Part shown: one piece after another, positions 1 to 10,676 of the stretch
How the letters are laid out: the number at the start of each line of letters is the position of its first letter
Numbering within the stretch: the stretch's first letter is position 1
IMG/VR virus record: IMGVR_UViG_3300032304_001768
Location: 18,327-82,326 of that record
DNA length: 64,000 bases
Source of the DNA: a virus
Reading direction: 5' to 3' (one strand)
Made by a program: the position numbers and the translations under genes
Notes under the pieces: generated by a model
Databases searched by the model: none
Told to the model about the DNA's origin: nothing
What the model saw: only the letters and a program-made list of their open reading frames with translations

Positions 1-9
1 TAATTTCGT

Positions 10-1455
10 TCATAAAGTTATTTCTAGTTCTTTCCAAGGAAGCTGCTCTTCTTCGTAATATTGCTGTCTCAGAGCGGCGTGTTCCATTGAATAATGGATG
101 TTGTCGGAAATATCAATCACAGCTAATTTTTGCTTGCTGTTGTGTAATCGCAGTCCTCTACCAATTCCTTGTATTATTCGTATGAAGCTTTTGCCTCCAG
201 ATGCGAATACGATATTGTGTAGGTTTTTGATGTTAATACCTGTGGAAAAAATGCTACTCATAGCTACGCAGACAATATCGTCATTTGCTTCAAGTTCTTC
301 GATAACGCTGTTTCTATCGGCTACGTCAACCTCCCCTTTGATAAGGTGGATTTTCTTATTGTCTATTGTCGAAAGCAATGCCTGTAATATTTCAGCATGC
401 TCCAAGTGATTCACCAATACCAATGTATTGTTTGGTAATTTAGCCACAATTTTCTTAATGAAATTGTTTCTTGGCTCGCTGTTGTAAATGTAGGACAATT
501 CAGCCAGATAATCTTCGGTTGGTGTTTTGTCCTTTTTCTTTACCCGTTTTGGAATAAGTTTTTTAGGGTGATTCAATCTAATCATTTTCACCGCTACATC
601 GGTGAGCACCTTTTCGTCTCTTAATTCCTTGCTTGTTTTCACATAAAGCACAGGTCCGAATGTCCCGATGATTTTCCAAGTATCGAATTGATCTTTTGGA
701 AATGTTCCCGTCAATCCAAATCGGTTTGGTGTTTTTATTTTGGAAACAGCCTTTGCCAATTTCGATCCAATTTTAACGCCATGACACTCATCCACGATAA
801 GCAAGTCAACATCTAAAATCCATTTATTGTCATCAAATTTAGAATTGAGATTTTCCGTGTTGCAAATTACAATTTCAGTATCTTGTAATTTGTTCTTTCC
901 AGTCCAGCCCGAATATGCGAAATTAACTTCATATTCGGCAAAATCCTTTTGTAATTGTCCTACCAAACTTGTCCCCGGAACAATGATAAGGCATTTGAAT
1001 GTTTTGGATTTTCTATTTCTCCAAAAGTTCTCGATGATAGAAGCGATACAAAAGCTCTTTCCTGAGCCTGTGGCGCTCTTTAAGGTGCCTCTACCATATT
1101 TTAGAGACAATGATACCATTTCCAATTGAAAATCCCTATGAGGGTATTTAAAGCCGTCAAATACCTCATCAACTGATATCCCACATTTCAGAGCATTTGT
1201 AAATTCTGGTGTGTATTGAATGTTGGTGAACTGACTGTCGATCAAGAATTGAATAATTTCCTTATACAGTCCAAAATCAAAACGACCGATATTGTCAATC
1301 GCATGCTTTCTATCTGGTATCTTTCGATTGAATTTTTTAGCGAACTTAGCGTTCTCATTTTTTACGCTAAATTTGCCACGCACTAACGACAATTGTGCGG
1401 GATCACATATTATCTGACCTTTTCTAGTGTGTGTATCGTAGTGCAGCTTAATCAT
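10..1455 (-). CDS. uvsW: UvsW-like SF2 DNA helicase
   Basis: Walker A (SATGSGKS), DECH, GLTGT, STGINIKNLH, QGIGRGLR motifs; adjacent to UvsY-like gene. Confidence 0.9.
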   Translation of the reverse strand: MIKLHYDTHTRKGQIICDPAQLSLVRGKFSVKNENAKFAKKFNRKIPDRKHAIDNIGRFDFGLYKEIIQFLIDSQFTNIQYTPEFTNALKCGISVDEVFDGFKYPHRDFQLEMVSLSLKYGRGTLKSATGSGKSFCIASIIENFWRNRKSKTFKCLIIVPGTSLVGQLQKDFAEYEVNFAYSGWTGKNKLQDTEIVICNTENLNSKFDDNKWILDVDLLIVDECHGVKIGSKLAKAVSKIKTPNRFGLTGTFPKDQFDTWKIIGTFGPVLYVKTSKELRDEKVLTDVAVKMIRLNHPKKLIPKRVKKKDKTPTEDYLAELSYIYNSEPRNNFIKKIVAKLPNNTLVLVNHLEHAEILQALLSTIDNKKIHLIKGEVDVADRNSVIEELEANDDIVCVAMSSIFSTGINIKNLHNIVFASGGKSFIRIIQGIGRGLRLHNSKQKLAVIDISDNIHYSMEHAALRQQYYEEEQLPWKELEITL

Positions 1456-1859
1456 TAGTTCATTTCCAATTGATGGAATTTCAAAATATTCTCAAAGTCC
1501 TTGGCACTATATTTAATAGTTTCGTATATACGTTCTAACTGTTTTACAGTTAATTTCATATCCTCAATCTCATCAGTTAATTCTTCGACACTTTCACTCT
1601 CTTCGATTTTATCAAAAGTGGATTTGTTTAATTTGACAGGGCTGTTATCCAGCAACTTCTTGGATAGATTTTTAACCAACTTCTTCTTTTTCATTTCAAG
1701 CCCTCTTAATGATTGCTCTGCTTTACTGAGTTCGTTTGCCCAATATGATTTTTCACCGGGAACCTGATTTAGCTTATCGCCCAATGTCATTACATTGATG
1801 TCGGTAGCGAATAAGGTTAATCGCTGTTCGTATTTTAATCGAATGTTTTGTTGACTCAT
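1455..1859 (-). CDS. uvsY: UvsY-like recombination mediator
   Basis: 134-aa coiled-coil protein directly upstream of uvsW as in T4-like phages. Confidence 0.55.
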   Translation of the reverse strand: MSQQNIRLKYEQRLTLFATDINVMTLGDKLNQVPGEKSYWANELSKAEQSLRGLEMKKKKLVKNLSKKLLDNSPVKLNKSTFDKIEESESVEELTDEIEDMKLTVKQLERIYETIKYSAKDFENILKFHQLEMN

Positions 1860-1885
1860 TTACACTATCCATAATAAATAATAAT

Positions 1886-2167
1886 ATGTCAATGTCAAGT
1901 AAAGATAATGAAGAAATAAGAAAATTATACGAATCAATTTATGTTGAAATGACATCAGGTGAAGTTGTTGGGCCTATCACACCAACAATAACCGATTTGG
2001 GTAAACCAAATGCTGATACTTATGCTCCGGGAGACGCCAGAATTGTAAAAGGCGGTAAGAAGAAAAAGAAACCGAGAGTGCAAAGAAGGAATATGGGATA
2101 TGAGGATACATTATTGTATCAATCTGATAATGTCAAGGACATTAATAGGAATATTTCAAATAAGTAA
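1886..2167 (+). CDS. hypothetical late protein
   Basis: ORF preceded by TAAATA-N5-ATG; N-terminal KDNEEIRKLYE motif. Confidence 0.6.
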   Translation: MSMSSKDNEEIRKLYESIYVEMTSGEVVGPITPTITDLGKPNADTYAPGDARIVKGGKKKKKPRVQRRNMGYEDTLLYQSDNVKDINRNISNK

Positions 2168-2305
2168 AAAAAGTTCTATTTTACCTATTGACAATTACAA
2201 AAAGTGAGGTAGTTATGGGTTGTAGTGGGTGGGCTTGGTATAATATAATATATAATATAGATTATAATAGCTATTGTAATAGGGTTTGAATTTTGTAATT
2301 ACAGT

Positions 2306-2737
2306 ATGAGTAATTGGATTGATTTGCCCGAAGACACCGCCAAATATCATGGGTTTGTCTATATTATCAATAATAATCATCCTGATAGTGATAAGAAATA
2401 TTATATAGGATGTAAGAAATTATTAAAAAGAGTAAAGAAAAAACCATTAAAAGGTAAAAAGAGAGCTAGAATATCCTACGTTGACAATAATGTTGACAGC
2501 TATTGGGGTAGTTCGGAGGAGCTAAAGTCTGATATTGAACAATATGGACTTGATTTTTTCACAAAAAAGGTGTTGCATCTATGTGAAAATCAATGGGAAA
2601 TGAAATTTCTTGAAATGTATGAGCAAATGAAAGCGAATGTTTTATTTGACAATTCATCATACAATGGCATAATCAACGTTAGAATTAATAAAGTTCCTAA
2701 ATCATTGCAGGAAAAATACAAAGATTTTAAATTTTAA
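2306..2737 (+). CDS. GIY-YIG family nuclease
   Basis: GFVYII...YYIGCKK, YWGSS, YNG motifs. Confidence 0.75.
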   Translation: MSNWIDLPEDTAKYHGFVYIINNNHPDSDKKYYIGCKKLLKRVKKKPLKGKKRARISYVDNNVDSYWGSSEELKSDIEQYGLDFFTKKVLHLCENQWEMKFLEMYEQMKANVLFDNSSYNGIINVRINKVPKSLQEKYKDFKF

Positions 2738-2740
2738 CAA

Positions 2741-3283
2741 ATGAATATTGAAAAAGAAGTTTTAGAAAGTGTGGTGGTTTCGATAGTTTTTGAAGATTCC
2801 AATAAAGAATTATTGGATATTGATGAAATTTTTAAAAAAACCAATCGAGAATTCCCTGAGATGTTGAAAAATTTAAATCTTGACATTAGTTTTGATTTTT
2901 CAAACAGGGATATCAAAAAACTATACACCACTCAATTTCTTCTAACATTTGTAGAATACATTAAGAATAGAAACCGCACTGAGAAATTGTATCTGTTCAG
3001 CAATCAATTGACCAAAGATGCATTCCGCAACAAATTGATTCATAAATTAAAAACTATTTTTGGATTTACAGTTTTTGAGCAAATTAAGGATCTTAATGAG
3101 ATTTTTGAAAAAATCACAGAATCTGATTGTGAAACGGTATCGCACGTTGAATTGTTTTTGAACACCGAGAGAAAATTGAAATCGTTAAAACAGATCAAAA
3201 AGTATCTGAACAAAAATGGTCTGACTTATCTCAACGATGTTTATTTTAATGAGTTATCAAACAAGCTTTGTCTTTTTGTCTAA
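2741..3283 (+). CDS. hypothetical protein
   Basis: 180-aa ORF in tight operon. Confidence 0.6.
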   Translation: MNIEKEVLESVVVSIVFEDSNKELLDIDEIFKKTNREFPEMLKNLNLDISFDFSNRDIKKLYTTQFLLTFVEYIKNRNRTEKLYLFSNQLTKDAFRNKLIHKLKTIFGFTVFEQIKDLNEIFEKITESDCETVSHVELFLNTERKLKSLKQIKKYLNKNGLTYLNDVYFNELSNKLCLFV

Positions 3284-3291
3284 ATACAGAC

Positions 3292-3684
3292 ATGAGTAAA
3301 TTTCTTTCAAAAATTGAAGCTTATGATCCTACACTTGTTGAAAATTTAGATCAGCGTGATGAGTTCAGACATCTTTTAAAATCCGCTGGTTTGAACAGCG
3401 GAAACGGTTTGGATAACACTTTGTATATCGATGATCCACAAAGCAACAGAACGTTCGTTGTGCGCCTCATGAGCGTGTCTCAAGGTGCTCCGGGAACAGA
3501 ACAGCCAGAAGAAGACAGCGAAGCTGATGACGCTATCGACAGCGCATCCAAGACAAATACATCCGCCGCACAAGCGCGAGCAAATCGGAAAAAAGCAGTT
3601 GATAGTAAACTTCCTGCGATTTTGAAGGATTACAACGCTGGGACCAAGAGAATCGCTAATTACAAGCCACAGCCAAACATATGA
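3292..3684 (+). CDS. hypothetical protein
   Basis: Start reassigned to ATG 5 nt after TAAATA (3281-3286). Confidence 0.6.
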   Translation: MSKFLSKIEAYDPTLVENLDQRDEFRHLLKSAGLNSGNGLDNTLYIDDPQSNRTFVVRLMSVSQGAPGTEQPEEDSEADDAIDSASKTNTSAAQARANRKKAVDSKLPAILKDYNAGTKRIANYKPQPNI

Positions 3685-4061
3685 AAAGTAAGACGCTATC
3701 TTTAATTCAACATCACATCAGGCTTATCAGAGAGCAAGGTGAAGAAATGCAACAAGGTGATGTGCCTATGGATGATGGTTCTCAACAGCAAGTTGCTCCA
3801 GAACAACCACCAGCTGCACCCGCTACTGAAATGCCATTCACAGCAGCTTCGGAAAACATGTATGTCAAATTTATGATCGACATGGGAACCAAGTGGATGT
3901 CTGATACTAAAAATACAGAAGATGCCGCTTTACTCAATGCATTGAGCGATCAATTCTCAGCAGGTAGCAAAGTAAATGCCAAGCAAATGTTTGAAGAATT
4001 CTTGACAATCATCAAACCATATATGGGCGAAGGCATTTCAGAATTGCTCGATCAAATTTAA
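3681..4061 (+). CDS. hypothetical protein
   Basis: ATGA overlap with upstream gene; Q/P-rich linker. Confidence 0.6.
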   Translation: MKSKTLSLIQHHIRLIREQGEEMQQGDVPMDDGSQQQVAPEQPPAAPATEMPFTAASENMYVKFMIDMGTKWMSDTKNTEDAALLNALSDQFSAGSKVNAKQMFEEFLTIIKPYMGEGISELLDQI

Positions 4062-4083
4062 AATCAAAACATTAAATAACACT

Positions 4084-4548
4084 ATGGACTTTAAACGTAA
4101 AGATAATAATTTGATTTGGGAAAATTATGCCACCGCTGGTTATAACGATGATGAAGAATCTTCGGCGATTGATGATCTAAATTCAATGGGGGATGACGAT
4201 GATTACAATGAGCATGAATATGATGAACATGAATACGACGACGAGCATGGCGACGAGACATCAGTTGTAATGTCATTTGATACCGATTCAGCGGTGCAAC
4301 CATCAATCGAACATGATGCCGATTCTGATGAAAAAAGTGAATTGTGTGAAATGATTTGTTCTGAACTTAAGAAGCTTTCTGAATATGCTAAGCGTTTGGA
4401 GAAAATGGCAAATGAAGCTGATTTCGAAGAATGGATGCTTGCCAAGATTACCAAGGCAGCTGACTACGCCTCTGATGTTTATTATTCCGCAAGTTCCAAG
4501 GCCGACTACGCAAATAGTCCTGATCTTGACGACGAATACGAATTCTAA
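4084..4548 (+). CDS. acidic hypothetical protein
   Basis: TAAATA-N5-ATG; D/E/H-rich repeats (DEHEY). Confidence 0.6.
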   Translation: MDFKRKDNNLIWENYATAGYNDDEESSAIDDLNSMGDDDDYNEHEYDEHEYDDEHGDETSVVMSFDTDSAVQPSIEHDADSDEKSELCEMICSELKKLSEYAKRLEKMANEADFEEWMLAKITKAADYASDVYYSASSKADYANSPDLDDEYEF

Positions 4549-4551
4549 AAT

Positions 4552-5007
4552 ATGCTAAAATTCAATCAGTTTTTCTATGAAAAATATGTTCTCGGCTTGA
4601 TCGAGAATATTTATCTCTTTGATTTAGAAGGAGTTGGAAAAATCGCGTCTAAATTAGACAGCGGCAACGGAGCTTTTAACGTATTACACGGAGAAAATAT
4701 TGAAATTTCTCCTGATAAGGAATATGTGCGTTTCGTTACCGTAAATAATTTTTCATTGGAAAAACCTGTAATTGGAACCATCAGCATCAACGTGGGCGCT
4801 GGTAACACAGAAGACCGCCCGGTTGTTGAATTCGATGTTGAAATAGGAGGAAAGAGATTTTCTAAAGTTCCATTCAGCATTGGAAATAGAAGCACAAATG
4901 ATCACAAAATTCTTATAGGTAAAAAGTTCATCCAAAATAATTTAAATGCGCTTATTGATGTAAGTCTTATTAATGTGGCTGATAAAAATATTGAAGTTAA
5001 ATACTGA
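4552..5007 (+). CDS. RimK-associated/retropepsin-like protease
   Basis: KLDSGN catalytic motif, RPVV, ILIGKKFI; N-terminus MLKFNQFFYE. Confidence 0.7.
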   Translation: MLKFNQFFYEKYVLGLIENIYLFDLEGVGKIASKLDSGNGAFNVLHGENIEISPDKEYVRFVTVNNFSLEKPVIGTISINVGAGNTEDRPVVEFDVEIGGKRFSKVPFSIGNRSTNDHKILIGKKFIQNNLNALIDVSLINVADKNIEVKY

Positions 5008-5008
5008 T

Positions 5009-5542
5009 ATGAGAAAATATACCCAACGCGAATTGTTAGAAGAAGGTTTTTGGTCAACGGTTAAAAAAATAGGATCTGGGATTAAAAGAACAGCCAAAAT
5101 AGCCGATAAAGTATTAACCCCAGTTTTACCTGAAGTTACAAGACTTGTAAAAGATCCTGTTAATTATATTAAAGGAATTAAAGATGCTGCAACAGGATAC
5201 GACCCCAAATCCAAAGATTTGTCTGATAAAGCGATACATGAAATGGAAGCTAACTTGGCCAAACAAGGATACACATTAGATCCAAATGATATTCCTAGAT
5301 ATGAAGGAAACTACAACAACATGCCATCATATTCAGTTTATGTAACAGACAGTAATGGAAATGCTACAACACTTACTGTTGATAAAAAAGGAAATAAGAT
5401 TACTACAAGAACAAGAAGTAGGAATACCAGACGACCAGCAGCGACACCTACCGCAACTTCAACAGCGCAAACTACAACCCCAACTACACCTACAGCGCCT
5501 ACAACTCCACCCGGAAACGTTGTTCCATTCACAAGACCGTGA
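5009..5542 (+). CDS. hypothetical protein with T/P-rich tail
   Basis: TAAATA-N5-ATG at 5009; LEEG putative head-protease site. Confidence 0.6.
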   Translation: MRKYTQRELLEEGFWSTVKKIGSGIKRTAKIADKVLTPVLPEVTRLVKDPVNYIKGIKDAATGYDPKSKDLSDKAIHEMEANLAKQGYTLDPNDIPRYEGNYNNMPSYSVYVTDSNGNATTLTVDKKGNKITTRTRSRNTRRPAATPTATSTAQTTTPTTPTAPTTPPGNVVPFTRP

Positions 5543-5549
5543 ATTTAAT

Positions 5550-5577
5550 TTGACAAAGTTTCGTGGTGTGCTATCTT
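5550..5577 (+). promoter_or_regulatory. sigma70-type promoter
   Basis: TTGACA-N16-TATCTT with extended -10 TG; GTG start 6 nt downstream. Confidence 0.6.
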
Positions 5578-5583
5578 CATAAC

Positions 5584-5844
5584 GTGAAGATAGAAATAGT
5601 AACAATCAACGACGAGTCATTCAAGCTTAATGTGGCGCAATTCGGAACACACTTTGTAGCCACAGATGGTGAACGAGTGTGTATAGGTTCTACGGAAACA
5701 GACGCTATTTCAGGCGTTGCTGAAATGATTGAAATTGCAGAAAATGTAGTGGTCAACAATCCACCTGCCGAAAGACAAAAAATCCCGGCCCCTATCGAAA
5801 ACAATAAAGGCGCGGGATGGTTTGCTGGAACTAGCTGGGGTTAA
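5584..5844 (+). CDS. hypothetical protein
   Basis: GTG start after promoter. Confidence 0.5.
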   Translation: MKIEIVTINDESFKLNVAQFGTHFVATDGERVCIGSTETDAISGVAEMIEIAENVVVNNPPAERQKIPAPIENNKGAGWFAGTSWG

Positions 5845-6581
5845 ACTCCCAAGACTTGAGTGATGTGTTTCAGTAGCGGACTACGAACAACGTCATCAGC
5901 GTCAAATTTAACACAATGGATGTTATTTTTTCTGGAATGTTCCGTGTCAAATAAAGAGTGAACCTTTTCAAATCCAGAATCTTTGATATCGGCCTGTCTA
6001 GCATCTCCACAAACGATATACTTGGTGTTTCGTCCGAAGCGGGTAAGAATAGTGGCTAGTTCGCTTTTGCTCATATTTTGAGCTTCGTCAATAATCACAA
6101 AAGAATTGTGGAATGTAAGACCTCTTACGAAGTTTACAGGAACTGCCTTGATGTAATTGTTGTTCATCAATTGACCACACATCGCGTCATCAACGATTTC
6201 ATGCAACTTATCCATCAATGGCATGGTATATGGACCAAATTTCTCGTCCAATTCACCGGGCAAAGCTCCAATACTTCGGGATGAGCTTTCAACAACGGAT
6301 CGAATGTAAATGATTTGGTCAACTTTACCTTCTTTCAAATGCTCCATCGCAGCATAAACAGAGAGATAGGTTTTGTTGGTTCCCGCCAATCCATCAATAA
6401 ATACCATGTTAGTATTTTGATTGTTGATTGTGTAATAACACTGTTTTTGATTTGGTGTCAACGGGAATTGTTTTTTTAATTTCATGTTATCCAAATTGAA
6501 ATTTTTCTTATAGGCATCTATAAAATCAATTTCAATTTCATCAATTTCTTTACGCTTGCGCGTAGAACGTTTTGTGCTCAT
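5841..6581 (-). CDS. phoH: PhoH-like ATPase
   Basis: GLAGTNKTY, GALPG, FVRGLTF, IIDEAQN, ILTRFG, GDARQAD, DVVRS motifs. Confidence 0.92.
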   Translation of the reverse strand: MSTKRSTRKRKEIDEIEIDFIDAYKKNFNLDNMKLKKQFPLTPNQKQCYYTINNQNTNMVFIDGLAGTNKTYLSVYAAMEHLKEGKVDQIIYIRSVVESSSRSIGALPGELDEKFGPYTMPLMDKLHEIVDDAMCGQLMNNNYIKAVPVNFVRGLTFHNSFVIIDEAQNMSKSELATILTRFGRNTKYIVCGDARQADIKDSGFEKVHSLFDTEHSRKNNIHCVKFDADDVVRSPLLKHITQVLGV

Positions 6582-6690
6582 TCTATAATATTTAATTCAA
6601 AAAGTGGGGGTGGTGGCAGTGTCCAATTTCACTACAAAAATACTAAATAATGAAACTTGACATCCTCGAAACGTCCGTTACAGTCGGTGC

Positions 6691-7356
6691 ATGAATCAGC
6701 GAATTCTAGTTCTGAACAGGTATTATTTCCCTGTTGGCGTTTGCGACGAAAGGAAAACTTTCGGCAACATCTTCTCAGAAGTGGTGTATCCATTGGACAT
6801 CATTTATGAAATTGATGAAAACGGCAATAAAACTGATAATGTTGACTATTTTAACCTTATTAAGGGAAGCAAAGACTGGTTGAATCTTCCTGTGCGAGAA
6901 TACGATGACTTCATACTCACCACAAAAGGTAAGGTGAGAGTTCCTAGTGTTGTTGTGTGTGCGTCTTACGATAGAATACCTCACAAGCAGGTGTATTTCC
7001 CGACAAAGATGAATATCATCAAGAGAGACAGCAATACTTGTTGTTACTCTGGTATAAAGCTTACAAAGGAAACTTCTACCATTGACCACATCATTCCTAG
7101 ATCAAAGCATACTGGCAACGCCAACACTTGGGAGAACCAAGTTTGCTGCCACAGAGAGCTTAATATCTGGAAGAGTGACAGACGACCAGACGAATGTGAT
7201 TTGACGAAATTCACTCCAAAAGATGATGATCTTAAAGCTTGGGTGGCATCACAGGGTAAGAAACTGAAACTCAAGAAATCGCCCACAAAGCCTAAAAATG
7301 GATTTGTTTTTGTTGATTTCTTAGAAGAATGGGATTTGTTCTTGAAAAATGTTTGA
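6691..7356 (+). CDS. HNH endonuclease
   Basis: RDSNTCCYSG...TIDHIIPRS...NTWENQVCC...N; preceded by TTGACA-N16-TACAGT. Confidence 0.8.
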   Translation: MNQRILVLNRYYFPVGVCDERKTFGNIFSEVVYPLDIIYEIDENGNKTDNVDYFNLIKGSKDWLNLPVREYDDFILTTKGKVRVPSVVVCASYDRIPHKQVYFPTKMNIIKRDSNTCCYSGIKLTKETSTIDHIIPRSKHTGNANTWENQVCCHRELNIWKSDRRPDECDLTKFTPKDDDLKAWVASQGKKLKLKKSPTKPKNGFVFVDFLEEWDLFLKNV

Positions 7357-7377
7357 TGTGTGCTAAATTATCTCTAT

Positions 7378-8121
7378 ATGAGATTAGCTATAAGCGGAAC
7401 TGCATGTGTGGGAAAGTCAACTTTACTCAAAGCGTTTCTTCAGCGGTGGCCTATGTATGGGACACCGCTGAAGACGTATCGTGATGTCATCACAGAAAAT
7501 GATCTTGAGCATTCGTCCAAAACCACAGAAGAAACCCAATTGTTGATTCTTGATTGGATGATGACAACACAAGAGAAATTCAAGAAAGAAGACAATATCA
7601 TTTTCGATAGATGCTCTTGGGACAATTTGGCCTACACATTGGTTGGAAATGCCAATAACAAGATCAATAATGAAGTCACAGCAGCTTCTATTTCTCTGGT
7701 GCGAGAAAGCCTCAAGAACATTGACATCATATTCTGGCTTCGTCATGACGAAGATATCGCAATTGTTGATGATGGTCTTCGTGATGTCAGTAAGGATCAT
7801 ATCTTGGAAGTTGATGATGTATTTGCTCAATTGTATGAGCAATATGCCGAAGATCTTGAAACCGATATTTTCTATCCAAAAGAGGATTGCCCAGCTATTA
7901 TTGAGGTTTATGGCAAGACCGTTGACGATAGAATCAGTTTCATTTCCAATTTCATTGATGAAAAAGGAGAACTCATCGAACCTGATGAAAACTTTTTCAG
8001 CGAAGAAAATCTTCAAGTGCTGGAACAAATGCTCAAAGAACAAGAAAAGGCGCAAAAGGATGACGAAACTATTGTTAAACTAACCAACGATATCAAAAAT
8101 GGAAAGTCTGGTAAAAGGTAA
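7378..8121 (+). CDS. P-loop nucleotide kinase (AAA_28/dNMP-kinase-like)
   Basis: ISGTACVGKST Walker A; IFDRCSWDNLAY. Confidence 0.7.
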   Translation: MRLAISGTACVGKSTLLKAFLQRWPMYGTPLKTYRDVITENDLEHSSKTTEETQLLILDWMMTTQEKFKKEDNIIFDRCSWDNLAYTLVGNANNKINNEVTAASISLVRESLKNIDIIFWLRHDEDIAIVDDGLRDVSKDHILEVDDVFAQLYEQYAEDLETDIFYPKEDCPAIIEVYGKTVDDRISFISNFIDEKGELIEPDENFFSEENLQVLEQMLKEQEKAQKDDETIVKLTNDIKNGKSGKR

Positions 8122-8142
8122 AATGAAATTTGGGTTGGAATA

Positions 8143-9057
8143 TTAGATAAATTCCAACCCAAACCCAGCTTCTTTGGCGGTTTTATTTATAAAAGAAAAA
8201 TCTAAATTAGAAAATTTTGCTATGGTTTTAGTTATAATTTTATCTGGATTTTTGCAAAGCCTTTGAATACTTGATTTTTTTATAGCGCCGTGAGCGTTAC
8301 TAGCTTCTTGATAAGTTTCAAACTTGCCCAGTGGAGTAATATAAAAATGCTTAAACATTGGATTATTTTTTCCTTTAACTTTTATTTTCATTTTCTCAGA
8401 ATGTTTTCGCATAACGTCCCAATTATCTTTATTTTTTCCAATTTTCCAGTTGGCGCTCTTCCTAATACCTTCTATCATAGCATCAGTGGGATTTTCCCAT
8501 GTCTTTTTAAGAGAATTTGATTGTTTACGTAATTTTTTGTTAGTTTTTTTAGTATCGCCCCTCCAAGAATTTGGTATAGATTTTCGCCATTTATGTATTT
8601 CAGATACTGATTTATTAGCAATTGTATTACTTCTTTTTTCTTGAATTTTCTGTTGATCTAACTGACCATATGATTCTTTAAATTTTGCAATTCGTTCAAC
8701 TTCTTTCAATTGTCGTTTGGAGTTTATAATTTTAATAGTTTCAGGCGTGTTGAAAATAGAATGCCCGGAATTGCCATTCCAACCGCTCCCATGCGCATAC
8801 AAAGTGTGTTTTGATTCTAATTCCTCTCGTTTTGAAATATATTCAAAATCGCCAGTTTCTACCAACTCAACACGAAATTCAGATTCTCCATATTCCAAAA
8901 TTCCCTTATATAGGTGTTTACCACCCTTGCCTATTTTATGTTCTTCAAATCGGTCCAGATAGGTTTTATTGGCAGCATATACCATACCCCAATAAACCCA
9001 ACCATTAACATCACACGTTATTTTATATAATTGAGCTATAATATGATTATTTGACAT
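8143..9057 (-). CDS. GIY-YIG-like free-standing homing endonuclease
   Basis: LYKITC..NGWVYWG, GWN, basic repeats, GKNNPM; opposite orientation; TAAATA-N5-ATG on minus strand. Confidence 0.65.
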   Translation of the reverse strand: MSNNHIIAQLYKITCDVNGWVYWGMVYAANKTYLDRFEEHKIGKGGKHLYKGILEYGESEFRVELVETGDFEYISKREELESKHTLYAHGSGWNGNSGHSIFNTPETIKIINSKRQLKEVERIAKFKESYGQLDQQKIQEKRSNTIANKSVSEIHKWRKSIPNSWRGDTKKTNKKLRKQSNSLKKTWENPTDAMIEGIRKSANWKIGKNKDNWDVMRKHSEKMKIKVKGKNNPMFKHFYITPLGKFETYQEASNAHGAIKKSSIQRLCKNPDKIITKTIAKFSNLDFSFINKTAKEAGFGLEFI

Positions 9058-9121
9058 AAAATTATTTAGTGTAGTGACACACAATAGACTTGACTTTTGT
9101 AATACATGTTTAATTACTTTT

Positions 9122-9925
9122 ATGAATGATAAAAAATCCATAGGAATTGGAATTTTGACTTGCGACCGTCCTGAATTGTTTGAGAAATGCTATGGATCAG
9201 TTCCTCCTGATGCGGAAACTGAGCTTGTAGTGGTTAATGACGGAGCATCTAAGGATCATTTGAAAGATATCACCAATTTGATATCGCATGATGAACCTTA
9301 TCAGGGTGTTGGTAAAAGTAAAAACGACGCTTTGAAATTTTTGTTTGATAAAGGGTGTGATTACTTCTTCTTGATTGAAGATGATATCTACATTAAAAAT
9401 CCAGAAGTCTTTCAAAAATACATCGAAGCTTCCAAATATACGGGAATTCAACATTTCAATTATTCTCAACACGGATTGATGAATAAGACATTTGATGGCA
9501 CAAGTCAACCAAATCCAACATATATAGCGGAATATGGAACTATGAAACTTCCGTTGTATCCACATTGCGTTGGTGCATTTTCCTTCTACACAAGGCAATG
9601 TATCAATCACGCTGGGTTTTTGGATGAAAGATACTACAATGCATGCGAGCATGTTGATCATACATATGAAATCATCAAATTGGGAATGCATCCTCCGTTT
9701 TGGAATTTTGCAGATATTGAGAATTCGTGGGAATATCTAGGCGATGAACAATGGAGCTTGCAGCAATCCACAATTTCATCAAAGCCAAATCATTCCGAGA
9801 TAATCTCAAAAGCTGACGCGATATTCATATCAAAACATAATTGCTATCCCGGTCAGATACCTACAAGCAATGAATATGATATCATGCGAAAATTAAGAGA
9901 AATCAAAGTCGCTTACGGTAGTTGA
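9122..9925 (+). CDS. glycosyltransferase family 2
   Basis: ILTCDRP, VVNDG, LIEDD, GFLDERY, EHVDH. Confidence 0.8.
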   Translation: MNDKKSIGIGILTCDRPELFEKCYGSVPPDAETELVVVNDGASKDHLKDITNLISHDEPYQGVGKSKNDALKFLFDKGCDYFFLIEDDIYIKNPEVFQKYIEASKYTGIQHFNYSQHGLMNKTFDGTSQPNPTYIAEYGTMKLPLYPHCVGAFSFYTRQCINHAGFLDERYYNACEHVDHTYEIIKLGMHPPFWNFADIENSWEYLGDEQWSLQQSTISSKPNHSEIISKADAIFISKHNCYPGQIPTSNEYDIMRKLREIKVAYGS

Positions 9926-9927
9926 TT

Positions 9928-10635
9928 ATGAATCTGACATTACTCACATGTAATTACAATACTCCGATTTTAATTCAAAATTTATTAAAATCGGTTCGTT
10001 TGCATTGCTCTGAAATGCCTGAAATTCTTGTAATGGATACGGGAACGACTACGGATATATCGGATGTGGTGGAAGGAGCGACGTATCACACTGTGGAGAA
10101 TACGTCACATGGCGATGGCGTCAACAAAGGATTCGAACTTATCGAAACTGACCATGTTTTGCTGATAGATTCCGATGTGATCTTATATCAAGATATCACA
10201 CCCATCTACGAAAAGTTCAAAAGCGGAAATTTCACATTGCTGGGAAATGTATCTGGTGATAGAGGAGGCAAGCAATTGTATCCTAGAGTCGATCCATGGT
10301 TTTGTTTCATAAATTTGAAACATTTAAAAGAACACAATATCAAATTTTTTGATCCTGTGAGAACCAAACAAAGCAGATCAGAAGACAGGATTTATGACAT
10401 AGGATCTACAATGTTTGAGGATGTAATAAATTCAAATTTGCTTATTGCTAATGCAAATTTAGAAAATAAATACTTCAAACATTACGAAGGCATGTCATGG
10501 AGAACCAAAAAATTCGATCCTTCGGCACCGGACACAGATATTGATTTTGGAGGGACTCACAACAATTCAGCGTTGTATGAATATGGTTTAATCATAAATG
10601 AGCAATACCAAAAGGATATGAAATGTTTAGTTTGA
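9928..10635 (+). CDS. glycosyltransferase (GT-A fold)
   Basis: TCNYNTP, LLIDSDV DxD motif. Confidence 0.7.
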   Translation: MNLTLLTCNYNTPILIQNLLKSVRLHCSEMPEILVMDTGTTTDISDVVEGATYHTVENTSHGDGVNKGFELIETDHVLLIDSDVILYQDITPIYEKFKSGNFTLLGNVSGDRGGKQLYPRVDPWFCFINLKHLKEHNIKFFDPVRTKQSRSEDRIYDIGSTMFEDVINSNLLIANANLENKYFKHYEGMSWRTKKFDPSAPDTDIDFGGTHNNSALYEYGLIINEQYQKDMKCLV

Positions 10636-10676
10636 ATTGTTGACTTTATTTTGATAAAATGTAATTAAAAAATACA

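Noticed and set aside
4195-4250. Tandem DNA repeat
   Set aside because: Degenerate codon-level repeat encoding DEHEY low-complexity protein sequence
7423-8055. 210-aa antisense ORF and other shadow ORFs opposite major genes
   Set aside because: Lie opposite well-supported genes and show no recognisable motifs
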